From Eledone cirrhosa (Eukaryota), in assembly GCA_964016885.1 (NCBI GenBank), contig OZ024758.1, forward strand, positions 7,316,001 through 7,380,000: 64,000 nt of DNA, given 5' to 3'. The notes under the pieces were generated by a model. The model was not told the DNA's origin. It saw only the letters and a list, made by a program, of their open reading frames with translations, and did no database searches. Of this stretch, positions 1 to 13,146 are shown in pieces (the first letter of the stretch is position 1; each line of letters opens with the position of its first letter). A program made the position numbers and the translations under genes.

Positions 1-18
1 ACGACGACGACGACGACA

Positions 19-49
<31 letters not shown>

Positions 50-80
50 CAATGACGACGACGACAACAACGACAACGAC

Positions 81-125
<45 letters not shown>

Positions 126-168
126 AACAACGACGACGACAACGACGACGACAACGACAACGACGACG
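1..168. repeat. (ACG/ACA)n trinucleotide microsatellite, truncated by the window start
   Basis: Run of acg units interspersed with aca, read directly. Confidence 0.95.
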
Positions 169-316
169 AAAAGTGTGGATAGTCGTTTAGTCAGCTTTTT
201 CTTTCTCTTGAAATAACGGATATTTTAGTCTTATCAGATTATATGGTAGAACGAGGAGAAAACCTGGAATAATTTAGATTAATGTTGAAAAACTGTCGTT
301 TAGCCTATATCTTGCA

Positions 317-351
317 GTGGCCTGAAGACAATCGATGAAAGTTATCGCCAC
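317..351 (+). ncRNA. Degenerate minimal type I hammerhead-like motif
   Basis: gtggc-CTGAAGA-caatcgat-GAAA-gttaTC-gccac. Stem I (gtggc/gccac) closes both core boxes; stems II and III are weak. Confidence 0.4.
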
Positions 352-975
352 CTTAATAACAGCTATTTGAAAACTTTCCCGACAGAGGTCAGACCAAGCA
401 CTAATATATATTTTCAACTACCAAGATTTTCATTTAGATATACGAATAATATATTTGGGAATAAGTTCGAAATTGAATTAGAAAGATATTTGGAAAACAA
501 TTATTTAATTATATACACCGTGGAATATATGTTTCTGATCTGCAAAGTTAGCATTTTATATATTTAGTCTGAACTGTTTATTTTCTATTACATAAAGACA
601 TATAAACATGTGTGTGTATATATCTGCATGTATGTTTATTTAGTCCCATGTCCTCAATGGACTTGATAAGACTGATGTAACTTTTGAGGTTATATATATA
701 TTTCCGTTACTGCTACACGTGCTTCTCGTATTTCCCCTCTTCGGTTTCCGTATTTTTTCTTTCTTTTATCCCTTCTATTATATTTTCTCTCCCTCTCCCC
801 CCCCCCCAATAACTTCCTTTAGTTATTGACGTACTGGAGCTAGACATCTTGTCTTTAATGCGTAGAAATGTCCATGACCTCCAGAAGACAACTGGTGAAA
901 GGAAACTACCCCCTGTTCGTGTTTTCCTCTTATTTATAAATACATGTTATCCAGCAACAACACAACCCCTATTCC

Positions 976-1016
<41 letters not shown>

Positions 1017-1189
1017 ATATATGTATATATATATATACATAGAAGATCCCGTTAAGCGTGAAAACAGCGATTATTTGCTTAAACTTTAATCAGATATTTT
1101 AATAAATATTTGCTCTACGATTTTTATATATATTTATATATTATCCTTATCGAGCCCTCTTCGGACTTTAGCCTTCACATTTATTATTA

Positions 1190-1234
<45 letters not shown>

Positions 1235-1419
1235 CGTTTCATGACCCTCCGAAAGTATAACAATTACGTGTCCCAACGATTTTTTTTAGCCGTTGCTCGC
1301 ACCAACCGGAGGTATATGGTCTTTAAAGCGATGAAATGCCTATGATAGTTGGAAGATCACTGATGAAGGACACACTTTTTTCATATGCAACCCATTTGCA
1401 ACTCCGCAGCGCCCTTATT

Positions 1420-1525
<106 letters not shown>

Positions 1526-2469
1526 TTATAAATACATATCTCTACAACATTGTTTCATCATGTGAAAGATTTCGAGGATTTCTTTGATTTCATTACATAT
1601 GTAAGTTCGTTGAAAGCGTAACACTCGAATATATGCTGCTTCAAGCAGAATGATATTATAGATAATGTACTGGAATTGATTCAATCGTCTATATAACTCT
1701 GTTACAAATTTGTGGTCATGTGCTAAAGGGGGAAAAAAACATTATTGTCCACTTATTTTCAATATAACGCAGAAATGAATTTGTCTGGAATGGAGAATAA
1801 TTTAGTTCCTTTGGCAAAAAAATGATTTTCCAAACTTAAAACAACCATTATCTATTAAGAACTCAAAAGCTTTTTAATAATACCACTCGCGTATCATTTT
1901 TTGTGTGTATGTTGTCATTGTTTGTGGTTGTTTTTTTTTTCTGTCTATTTTGCTACAATATCATTTATCTCTATTTCTGTATCATCTTCATGAAAACAAA
2001 ATCTGCTATTTCTTTAAAGATAACTTTCAATTTGTTTGGGGGAATATTTCTTGCCGAAGTCATAGCTATCTATACTACTTACTTTGAATAATTTTTGCTG
2101 ATATTCTTAAATACTTTTGTATCAATTTTATTATATATGTTATCATTATTACTAAAGTTTTAAGTGGTTCTACCCTTAATTGAACATTTATGCTTCTCTA
2201 GTATCCAATATATGAGACATATCATAATGGGTTTTTTTAACCATTAACATTAGAAATATACTTTAGGTATTTAATAGTTTCTAGTTTTTCGTTAATAATT
2301 TCCTAAGTTTCATTTGTTTCTCTTTACAATTCTACATTCTATTAGCTCTTAATTATTTTACTGTTGTTTTAGTTTTTACGTAAAGTATTTTACATACACG
2401 TGCCATAATGTTGTGTGAGGCACAGCAGAGACAATAGCGCCCCCTACGTCTTAAAAAAAACAAAACATA

Positions 2470-2680
2470 TATCGTATTAGGGTTTTGGGTTCAAATCCGA
2501 TGGAAGTTCGTTCTGCCAGTATTAAACTGGGACTATATTAAATCCATTGTAGACGTCTCCTTAATTTTTTTTTTATATATCAATTGACTAGAGTTTTATT
2601 TACTATTATTAGCACTGGGATCGATTTAATCGACTTCCATTTCCCCAATATTAGGCCTTGTGCCTAAATCAGAAACCATT
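2470..2680 (+). mobile_element. Diverged tRNA-derived SINE copy
   Basis: B-box-like gggttcaaatcc and the 3' end ggccttgtgcctaaatcagaaaccattatt match the local SINE family. Confidence 0.6.
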
Positions 2681-2728
2681 ATTATTACCATTCTGATTAT
2701 TACCAGTATTATTACCATTATTATTACC

Positions 2729-3000
2729 AGCATAGTTACGTCCCTTTACGGCCTGAGTTCAAATCCCGCCGAGGTTAGCTTTGCCTTTCATCCTTACGGG
2801 GTCGATAAAATAAAGTACCAGTAATGTACTGGGTAATTGCTGGCCTTGTGCCAAAAGTAGAAACAATTATTATTACCATTCTGAGTTCAAATCCCGCCGA
2901 GGTTAGCTTTGCCTTTCATCCTTACGGGGTCGATAAAATAAAGTACCAGTAATATACTGGGTGATTGCTGGCCTTGTGCCAAAAGTAGAAACAATTATTA
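2729..3000 (+). mobile_element. Two tandem 5'-truncated copies of the dominant tRNA-derived SINE
   Basis: ctgagttcaaatcccgccgagg...gcctttcatccttacggggtcgataaaataaagtaccagt...ggccttgtgccaaaagtagaaacaattatt occurs twice, near-identically. Confidence 0.9.
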
Positions 3001-3019
3001 TTATCATTATTTTCTTGGA

Positions 3020-3870
3020 ATCTCAGTCATGATTAGTGTGAAGAAGACCGAGGTGACAGGGCAAGGAAAAAACTCAGCTCTAGTCATACATCTGAATGGA
3101 AATGCTCTGAAGACAGAAGATAAATTAGTTTTACTTGAGATTCGCTATATCTAGCATGGTATCTCTTGATGAGGAATTGAACAGAAGAATTGGTAAAGTT
3201 ACAGCAGCCTTTAAAATCTCAGTAAAATGGCATTGGAGAATGAGAAGATGAAATCGATAACTAAAATTCTGATCTAGCAGATATGCATCATTTCAACTTT
3301 TCTCTATGGGAGTAAGGCTTGGACAACGTACGGAGGTCAATAAAGAAGATTAAACAGCTTTTCACATGTGCTGTGTGAAGATCTTCAATATCAAATGGCA
3401 AGAGAGCGTCCCTGATATTGAAGTACTCCGAAAAGTAGATGTTTCATCACTCTACATTATTCTCTGATCTAGACGACTGAGATGCCTTAGTCATGTCTCA
3501 TAAATAGATGAATCTAGAATATCCAAGCAAGTGTTGTATGGATAAATAACAGATAGAAAATGGAACTTAGAACATCCTAAACTGGGTTTCAAGCAACCAA
3601 TGTAAAACTACCTTGAAAGAGTTCTGTATTGAGGAAGTGAAATGAGAAAGGTCAGCAAGGGGCCGTGGAAATTGTCAGGGGTAGATAGAGGAGCCAGAGG
3701 ATTTGAAAATTTGCACATCCAACATGCCGTTGATATAAGACAAAGATCTCGGTAGACATTATTGGCTCAACATTGCTCCATTGTGGCTGTTGTGAAAAGC
3801 CATGTCGGGCACACACAGGACTAGTCAGTCAAGAAAGACGCTGTTTAGAAAGAAATCAGTGGTGATTAAT
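3020..3870 (+). mobile_element. Decayed RTE-clade LINE, 3' portion
   Basis: Manual translation across frameshifts gives ISVKKTEV, LDEELNRRIGKVTAAF, ISTFLYGSKAWTTY, IFNIKWQESVPDIEVL, ESRISKQVLYG and a terminal Cys-rich CEKPCRAHTGLVSQ. These are post-RT motifs typical of RTE elements. Confidence 0.85.
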
Positions 3871-4910
3871 TAAGAAATTACTGTCTCTGCAATCGGTCAA
3901 TGACCGAGTAAAGGGGCCAGATACATTACTAGATATGGATTTGAAACACGAAAACATTTGCTCCTTTATATTATTCTAATTAAGGTGTAGGGAAACTGTT
4001 TCTATCTCCATAATGGACTTTTAAAGAATAAGCACAGGTGTGTCGTGAAGATTTGGTAGCCAAAACAAAATTGAATTATTATTCCGATAATGTTATGAAC
4101 TATAACATTCTCTTACTAATTATTTTCTATAATAGTAAATAGCAGATAAAAATATAGAAATCTTATTTTGACTTGAGTACGAATGTGCGGCGCAGTATTG
4201 AATGATGTTGATAGATGAATGCTGTCTTTACTTAATATAAAATCACGTTTCATGAGTGTCGGGCAGCCATGATGGACGGGTTAGATGACAGTCCGACCTT
4301 CTAGACGGTAAGCAGAACAAGTTTAAATAAAAGCCTTCATTTCAATTGCTTTACAACAGCTACTTTTGTTAGATCGGGTCATGGGTGTGAAACTGAACGT
4401 GCCAAAAGTCGGTGATGTACTTTATGAAACCAGTATTACATAGTTATCATGATATACCGGTTCAGTCTTTGTAGCTAAGCTTTACATAGAAACATTTCAC
4501 TTTTGAAAGGAAATGTTTCCACGGAGTATTTCTTGCCTCATACACCGTCTCACAACAGTAATTATTCATGATTTCTATTCCTTTCTTTCATCTTTACGCA
4601 CTCATCTCAGAAAACTTATAACGATGCGGGTCACGTTGTATTAATATAAACCTGATCACTAGCTTGGCTTGTCTTATATGACATATCAGAAAGAAAGATA
4701 TCTTAAATGGATCGTTAACACGGAAATAAATTCAGATATGAGGGGAGAAAGCTTGAATAGATATTCTATCTTGAATAAGATTCAATATGTAATATATACA
4801 TAGATACGTAGATACGTAAACATATACATGCAATCATACATAGATACAGCATAGATATTCATACATACGGACAAATAAAGACACACACACACTCACACAC
4901 ACATCACACT

Positions 4911-4962
<52 letters not shown>

Positions 4963-4969
4963 CATACAA

Positions 4970-5016
<47 letters not shown>

Positions 5017-6027
5017 ACCATATCTACTTTATATGGTTACCAAGCACATATATAAATACTTGAATATCTTTCTCTTTCACTCGCTGTCTCTCTCTATCTA
5101 TCTATCTCCCTCTCTAACACGCTCTCTCACACTCTCTCTATATATATATACACGCACAAATATATATAGATATATATCCCTGCTCAGATTTCTTCATAAA
5201 TACATCTACATACCTATGCACTTTAACGTACAAATTTTTATTGCGCAGGATAGTGAGAGAGGATGGCGGTGGTGGAGGGGAGAAAATACTTGCTGGAAGA
5301 GGCCATAAATGATATTAATGATTTGTAGCTAGAAAATTTTGTAGACTACATATAGGGGGAACACGAAATGGAAAAAAAAAATTTATACAAAAAAAAAAAA
5401 GGGAAGATTTTTCCGTTCTAGAGAGTAACCATGCGAGTGAAAGATGGTTGCGGAATGCATTCGTCAATAGAAAGCTGTGATTGGAAGCGAGGGAAGCTTG
5501 CTAGCTACATGGTTTGTGTAAATGATAATAAATGGTAGGTTTTAGTGAAGACCAAAACATACAATGCTTTGTCAAGTGACATATCGTTTTATTGAAAACA
5601 CCTTATTTTGGTTTCAGTGTTACAGTGTTGCATTCTAAAACATAATTGATTGTAATGGTGCAAAGGAGATAGTTTTGGGGGTGATCTTGAGCTTTCATAC
5701 ATGTCCCAGAAACTTAAACTAACCGGCAATCCACAAATATATATATATATATATGACTATCCATGCAGCATCCAAAAGTAATGGTTGTATTTTAAAGGGT
5801 ACGTCAAACCTATTTGTAAAACTGTTATATATTGTATTTTGTCTGATGAAGGCATACCATAATTTAATGTGGTATCCCTGAAATATGTATAATGAAATAA
5901 ATATGGTTTTATAAATATAGTTTCCATTTATTAATATCGTATATCTACTCCAAAAATTTGTCGAGTGCTTTATGTCAGTTATAAATATATTTACTTGTTG
6001 TATCCCAGCAACTTTAAATAGAACTTT

Positions 6028-6083
<56 letters not shown>

Positions 6084-6089
6084 ATATAT

Positions 6090-6530
6090 TTTTTGCGAGG
6101 TTTTTGATATGAAATCGTGTGTCGAAACAAATATTGTTATACTTGGGGAGGGTCATATTTGTGTAATATTGCCAGAATTAATAATTAATAACAGAACACA
6201 CTCACTGTTTGGTTGGTTTTCGCTTCTGTGTCTTTTATATCGGTAATCTAATTTATTCGGTCCTCAATGTTGCCATTGACTGACCAACGGTCAAAAATAA
6301 TACAGATACAATATAGACACAAACACATATATATAGTTTATCAAAGTTCTTTCGTTGCGCATGTGCAACGAAAGAACTTTGACAATGGCAACATTGAGGA
6401 CCGAATAAATTAGATTACCGATATAAAAGACACAGAAGCGAAAACCAACCAAACAGTGAGTGTGTTCTGTTATTAATTATTAATTCTGGCAATATTACAC
6501 AAATATGACCCTCCCCAAGTATAACAATAT
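6090..6530. mobile_element. Interspersed repeat (probably Penelope-like derived) with a fold-back inverted copy
   Basis: 6131-6279 is the reverse complement of ~6380-6530. The same family recurs at 24077-24440, 29560-29672, 36225-36298 and 39595-39613. Confidence 0.7.
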
Positions 6531-6535
6531 AAATT

Positions 6536-6568
<33 letters not shown>

Positions 6569-6721
6569 AAAGAATTATTACAAGTGAGTTTTACCGTTAC
6601 TGTGTAGAGAACAATATCTACAGGTTTCTCTTTGTGTAATATACTTCGTTGAGCTAATACTATTATTATTATTACAGTGAACTGCGGAATACTCTTAATT
6701 CCGATCTTTGTGTGTATATAT

Positions 6722-6870
6722 AACGAAGGAAATGTGGTAAGGAACCAGGTAGACCATAACGCATCAAAGTACTCAATAATTAGGGTAGTAGAGTGGGTAA
6801 TAGGAACGAGTAGGATCCCGGAATTAGCCGTCAAAACGGCTTGAGCTCAGCCGTCGGGGTCCAACTCGTT

Positions 6871-6875
<5 letters not shown>
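6722..6875 (+). mobile_element. TA-embedded repeat: ~100-bp arm plus the 3' half of a hammerhead-like motif
   Basis: Arm aacgaaggaaatgtggtaagg...gtgggtaatagg is shared with 15220, 24983 and (reverse) 37433-37532. A 20-bp stem 6800-6819/6856-6875 encloses aaacggc-ttgagctca-gccGTC. Confidence 0.7.
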
Positions 6876-6913
<38 letters not shown>

Positions 6914-7004
6914 GATCGACTTTCGTCAAATTGAAAACAATGTTTCCATTGGTCCTTCCATTGTTAATACTATCTATCGGTCGGAACTTCAGGTAGAAGG
7001 TACA

Positions 7005-7116
7005 ACGTGAAATAAAGTGTCTTGCTCAAGGACGTAAAGCATCGCCCGGTCCAGGAATCGAACTCACAACCTCACGATTGCGAATCCAATTCTCTAATCA
7101 CTCAGCCGCGCGCTTT
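7005..7116 (-). mobile_element. tRNA-derived SINE head of a second family
   Basis: Minus strand reads gcgcggctgagtgattagag (A box) ... gagttcgattcc (B box) ... tccttgagcaagacactt. Confidence 0.75.
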
Positions 7117-7122
7117 CACACG

Positions 7123-7160
<38 letters not shown>

Positions 7161-7161
7161 G

Positions 7162-7199
<38 letters not shown>

Positions 7200-8089
7200 A
7201 CAGGATAGATAGGGTTTTGTTTATGTATATCAAGAATGAACGTTCTTCCTGGAAAGCAGGAGTCTATTTTCCTCACTGTTAAATAAGTTTAATACAGTCA
7301 ATCGTTTTCACTGACTGAAGAAGAAAAACATTTCTATCAATAATTTTGTAGGTTTCTGCACGTTTAGTCAAGTGAATATTCAAAGTGCCCGGTATAGGAA
7401 GGTAGGTTTTTACCTCGAAGTTTTCACTTTCCTCAAGAAGTATCTGTCTTGCAAAGCCATCATATCTGGTAAGACGTACATTTCACTTTATTGCGCGTTT
7501 ATTTCTATAGCTATATGTCGAAACAATAGGTTTTTATACTCACTGAATTTGGGCCTTATTTCCTGGCGATAGGCTTTCAGGAACTTGATGAGATCAATAT
7601 CAACAAATATATCCATATCTTTTGACTGCCTATTTTTGCTTGTTTTATTCACCCTTTCGAGAATGTCATTCCAAAAACTGTCAGTAAGATAATCACCAGT
7701 TTCTCCATTGTCTTGCTCAATGATTCTGCCCCACGTATTATATTACATTTCTTAATAGCCTAAAGTGTAAGGATGCAGCTCTAATTGTCTTGAGAATATC
7801 TGTAAAATCTTGTGACAGCAGCTAAATGTGCTGACTAATAATAGATACTTTATAACACTGTTTCTTTCTCAAGAATAAGGCCAGAATATTCCAACGATGT
7901 TTAGTAGCCAAGAAAAATGAACACGAATATTGAACAAAGTCAAAAAAGAAGATGATCAGTAAACCACATTTTGCTCTGTTTTATTCCAAGCTTACTTTAC
8001 GTTCATCACAATGAATATACATAGCAAATTCATTTGGATTTCATGTGTTTGGACGCAGCTGAATTGGCCGCGCTGTTTCGGCGACGTCA

Positions 8090-8390
8090 GTGTGTCGTAA
8101 AATGGGACGAATCATGCTTGGCATTACCTTATGTGATAGGAAAAACAGCAACTGGATTCGAGAGAAGGACATAATGGAGAATATCAAGAAGGGGGTGGAC
8201 ACGTCTATTGTCTCGAAAACAACAGGAGAACTATTAGAGTGACAAAGTGGACACCAAGGCAGTGGACAAGAACCTGAGGTCAGCCAAAGGCAAGATGGTG
8301 CGACGATCTAACCCGGCCCCACATAGCTCGATATGTCCAGAGATAGACAGCCGTGGAGGACAACCAGAAGTAGGTTCCTCTAACAGAAGT
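8090..8390 (+). mobile_element. Decayed RTE LINE 3' fragment
   Basis: Translates to RKMGRIMLGITLCDRKNSNWIREK, GHV and RVTKWTPRQWTRT*GQPKARWCDDL, typical RTE C-terminal motifs. Confidence 0.8.
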
Positions 8391-9240
8391 GAAAAAGCCC
8401 TGGATTTGGATTTGGTTTTCACGTCAAGACATTTTGGTGAGAAATGTTTGCATGTTTCAATATAGTAACTAACTATTACTCACTAGCTCCTAACTACTTA
8501 ACTTCTGAACCTCGGTTGCTTCTTGCAATGCTACCGAATACCCGAGGAACCTTGCTTATAATCACTAGATAAAGAACTAAATAAAACAAACATTTACTAT
8601 GTATCAGTATAGTAGCCTTTTTTTTATTAACGGTATTTCTCTGTGTACAATGCGATAACTCCGTATTTTAACTACTTCATTATCAATCTAATCTCTCTCT
8701 TCCTCTCTTTTTACTCCCTATCTCTCTCTCTCCTTATTTCTCAATCTTTCTATCTCTCCCATTTTTATAACTTTATATGTTTTACTTACGTGAATGTAGA
8801 ATGGGGACATGTTGGTGTCAAACAGATTCCAGGGCTTCTAAACATTTTAATGTTTTTCTCTTTCTTTCTCCCTGTACGTGTATCAGTTTTTCGTGTGTAA
8901 CATTTTAATGCCTTTATCTCTACTCCGTTTCCCACTATGTGTTTCTTTGTGTATATGTGTGCGTGTGTGTATTACTATGTCTGTATGTGTGTATATCTGT
9001 ATACATGTGTGAGAGAGTGAGAGAGAATGTTTGCGTCTGTTTTCAGCGCCTAATCATCCGTATCAATCCGGTTCATTTCCAACCATATTAATGATTACCT
9101 ATAATGTTTTCTCTCCTATCTTTCTCTCTCTATGTGTATGAGTTTTTCTTTATGTATAATATTTTAATACGTTTCTTCCTCTTGGTTCTCTCGATGTGTG
9201 GGGTATCTGTCTTCAGCACTAAATCATCCGTCGCCAAAGG

Positions 9241-9630
9241 TTTAGTTCTCGCCAAAAAGGTCATCGCCGAAGAAGGTTTGGCACCCAAATGCCCATGTCA
9301 AAACATCCTTCCAGCCACATTCGTTTAGTTCTCGCCAAAAAGGTCATCGCCGAAGATTTGGCGCCCAAACGGCCATGCCAAAACACCCTTCCAACCACAT
9401 TCGTTTAGTTCTCGCCAAAAAGGTCATCGCCGAAGAAGGTTTGGCGCCCAAATGCCCATGTCAAAACACCCTTCCAACCACATTCGTTTAGTTCTCGCCA
9501 AAAAGGTCATCGCCGAAGATTTGGCGCCCAAACGGCCATGCCAAAACATCATTTCATACTACATTCATTTAGTTCTCGCCCAAAAAAGGTAATTGCCGAA
9601 GAAGGTTTGGCGCCCAAACACCCGCGCCAA
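9241..9630. repeat. Minisatellite, ~80-83-bp unit, ~4.7 copies
   Basis: tttagttctcgccaaaaaggtcatcgccgaag starts at 9241, 9324, 9404, 9487 and 9568. Confidence 0.92.
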
Positions 9631-9689
9631 CACAGCTATGTTCAATCCAGCCATACCGTGTGCCTATACTAGAAATCATTATTGTTAAT

Positions 9690-9866
9690 GTGGCATACAG
9701 TTATGGCCCTTTACGTTCTAAGTGCAAATCCCACCGAAGTTTCCTTTGCCTTTGATTCTTAAAAGGGCTGATAAAATAAAGTACCAGTAATGCACTGGGG
9801 TCGATATAATGGAGTTTCCCTTCCTTCCAAATCACTGGCCTTGTGCCTAAATTAGAAACAATTATT
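9690..9866 (+). mobile_element. Diverged copy of the dominant SINE
   Basis: gataaaataaagtaccagtaatgcactggggtcgat...ggccttgtgcctaaattagaaacaattatt. Confidence 0.8.
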
Positions 9867-9902
9867 ATGGCTGTTGCCAGATTATCACGTGTTAAGATAA
9901 CG

Positions 9903-10640
9903 CTTCTCTCTCTCTCTCTCTCTCCTTCTCTCTCTCTCTCTATCTCTCTCTCTCTCTCTCACACATCTTACTATTTATTTTATTTTCACTTCTCTATTAT
10001 CTTCTCTCCATCACTTTGTTTTTACTCTTAATCCTGTCAATTACATTCTTTCTTCTCTCCTTCTATCCCGCTTCCCTCCCCCTCTTTCCCTTGTCTGTCG
10101 TCTCCCCTTCTCTCCTTCTATCCCTCCTCCCTTTCCCTTTTCTGTCAACTTTCATTCTCCCCTTTTATCCCTCCTCCTTTCCCATTTCTTCCGTCTTTCC
10201 TTCTCGTATCTTTTCCAGCCGTCTTTTATTTGATTCCTTTCCAACACATTTCCTTTCCTCTTTTTCTATCACCCAATATTTCATTTCCCCCTTCCCCACC
10301 TTCCATTCTTGACCTTTATTTCTCTCTCTCACTCACTCTCTCTTTCTCTCTCTCTCTCTACTTCTCTCTCTCTACTTCTCTCTCTCTCTCTCTTTTTGGC
10401 TCTCTATCTTTCACTCTCTCTCACTCACTCTCTCTCTCAACCTCTATCTTTCTCTCTCTTTCCCCCTCTCTCTCTCACTCACTCTCTCTCTCTCTCCCTC
10501 TCTCTCACTACCCCCTCTCCCTCTCTCTCACTACCCCCTCTCTCTCTCTACCTCTCGTCTATTCTCCCTATCACCCAATTCAGATTCATCTATCCTTCTT
10601 TATCTCCCCTCACTCCTCTTATCACCCCCCCCCCCATTAC
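9903..10640. repeat. (CT)n / polypyrimidine low-complexity tract
   Basis: Read directly; it generates the Ser/Leu-rich pseudo-ORFs. Confidence 0.9.
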
Positions 10641-11317
10641 ATGCCATAGCCAGCCACAGTTATGGGCTGGCTACTTCTAGCCCGCCTTCTCTAAATAAAT
10701 GTTCACTGACTTGAGGATGGTAAAAGCACGCGTTAAGAAAATGTCAGAAGACAAATAAAGTAAGGAAACTCTAAGAGCACTACCACCTATTTACACCAGC
10801 TTTGGTCCCAGCATTCTTTTCAAGAATTTATACCGCAAAGAATGTCTGGAACTCCAAGACATTTCATTGTACATTACTATTGTTTTATGTACAAACTGGC
10901 AGTTGTTCCTAAACCTAGACATCTGCTTTCGGCTAGCTTTCACTGCCTCTTTCTTTCTCTTTGATACTCTATAGATACTTATTTACTATTTTCTTCTTCT
11001 TCTTCTTCTTCTTCTTTTTCTTTTTCTTTCTTTCTTTCTTTCTTTCTTTTTTTCTTTTTCTTTTTCTTTTTTCTTTCTTTCTTTCTTTCTTCTTCTCCCC
11101 CTCCTCACCCAAACCCCTCCTCCTCCTCCTCCTCCTCCCCCTTTTCCAACTCGTCCTCCAAGAACATTCGATCCTGTCTTTCTCCTCTCCCCCCCCCCTC
11201 TCACTCTCCTATAATCCGATATTTTATCACCATTTCCCTAACATCCTAAATCTAACTTAGCTTCGCATTGTTTTTCTTTGCGTCTTTATATTAAGCTGTC
11301 CTGTTTTCTGTGTCACT

Positions 11318-11375
<58 letters not shown>

Positions 11376-11527
11376 AACTAATAATACTGCTACTACTATT
11401 ACAACAACTACTACTACCACCTTCACCACCACTACTACTACTACTACTAACACCACAACCACAACCAATTCCACCACTACCACTACCACCACCGTCGATA
11501 CAACTACTACTACAACCACCACCACTG

Positions 11528-11573
<46 letters not shown>

Positions 11574-11596
11574 CAAACACACCACCACCACCACCA
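11318..11596. repeat. (ACT/ACC)n microsatellite
   Basis: Read directly; it generates poly-T, poly-S and poly-V ORFs. Confidence 0.95.
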
Positions 11597-12169
11597 TCTT
11601 TTTGTGGATACTTCACAAATAAGAAAATTGATTATTTGATCAACACGGCGATAGAGTGTGTAGCCCTGAGAAGAGAGAGTCGCCCCAGGCAGAACCGCTA
11701 TTTCCTAGAACTGACTGATCACAGCTCCGATAACATGGATGTTGCGGACATGTGGTTAGAATTTCTTAGGAAAAAACCGCTGGATATATTTTACGGGCAA
11801 AACCAACCGATGGGAGATCCAGTGGTGAACCTCGTGCAAAATGGTTGGACAACTTCCATGAGCTTGGATGGTCTTGCTTGGGGATTCAACCAGATCAGTT
11901 GCTTCTGATAGGACCTGCTGGAAGGGGTGTTTGAGGAAAACTGGAAGACGATACTTTGGTTCGTGAAGACGTTCCCTGGCAATGAACGGAAAATAGCGAA
12001 GATAATACGTCAGCAATGAGAACAATCTTTTCGTAATATCGTAATGCAGACAGCTAGACATACAGACATATATTATAAGGGCACGACGTTATAGCTATGT
12101 ATCTATCTAAAAGGACAGACTAAGAAAGAGAGAGTGAGATCGCTAACCGGAGCCTACCACCCTTTGAAC

Positions 12170-12322
12170 AGAAAATTGAAAAATAAAAGCTACAGTTAGT
12201 ATCTTTAGACCGCAAGGAATATATAAATGCAAGTTTGAAGTCAATCGGAGTAGAAATGTGGATTTGTATAGACTTTGCAAAAAATAGGACACACACACAC
12301 ACAGACAATTTCAGTTTTATCT
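12170..12322 (+). mobile_element. Possible Helentron/DINE-like non-autonomous fragment
   Basis: tgcaagtttgaagtcaatcggagtagaaatgtggatttgtata...(ac)n-agacaatttcagttttat resembles the 3' architecture of such elements. Pattern recognition only. Confidence 0.35.
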
Positions 12323-13146
12323 GAAATAGCTTGTAGGTCTTCTGTATTATACACTTCCATGACACAATTATCAGGATATATAGGCATTGGTTCTTAGTAT
12401 AGCCATCATAATGTTGTGGCTTAACATGGATATGTTGAACAGTGAGTTATCTTTCATTGTTTTACCAAAAAAAGGGGTGTTATGTAACAGTGGAACAGTA
12501 GCGACTTCCTGGTGTTCAGAATTATTCTAATTTAGAGGCGGCTGATCCTAGAAGATTGCTTTCCGAACTCCAGAGCTTTCTGTATGAGGACTTTCCATAG
12601 AGAAGGATAAACGTAGACGGTATCGAATAGGATAATTCCTCGGCCAGTAATAGACTGGGTAATTGCTGGCCATGTGCCAAAAGTAGAAACAATTATATTA
12701 TATACATATATGTATGTTATGTATGTATGTATGTATGTATGTATGTATGTATGTATGTATGTATGTATATATGATATATAACATACATATGTTTTATAAA
12801 GCTTCCAGTAAATAAAGACTATACATCGATTCGGTAGCTTCTTCTTTACAGCTCAAGCTGTGAGTTAGCTGTCAGTTTACAGACTCACTTACATATCTGT
12901 TGAACTTGATTTACATGATTTACATGTATATGACACACAATACACTTCCATATATATACAAACAGATTGACAGCTAGGTTGGATAGGTTTGTAGAAAGGA
13001 AGAGTTAAACCTATGGAGTTAAACCTATATTGAAGATGTTGAATTTTTGATATAATTTGAAATGACGACGTTCTCCCTACAAATGTGGTTCCTGCTTTCT
13101 TTCAAAAATTTACTAAGGCAACCTTTACATATCTGTAAATATTCAT

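Noticed and set aside
1041-1195. Possible Penelope tail with hammerhead remnant between TA tracts
   Set aside because: Only AGAAGA...GAAAAC with no closing stems; too weak to call.
7040-7116. Possible tRNA gene
   Set aside because: A and B boxes are present but the cloverleaf is poor and the sequence continues into a SINE body.
7360-7900. Possible minus-strand LINE remnant
   Set aside because: I could not read a diagnostic motif.
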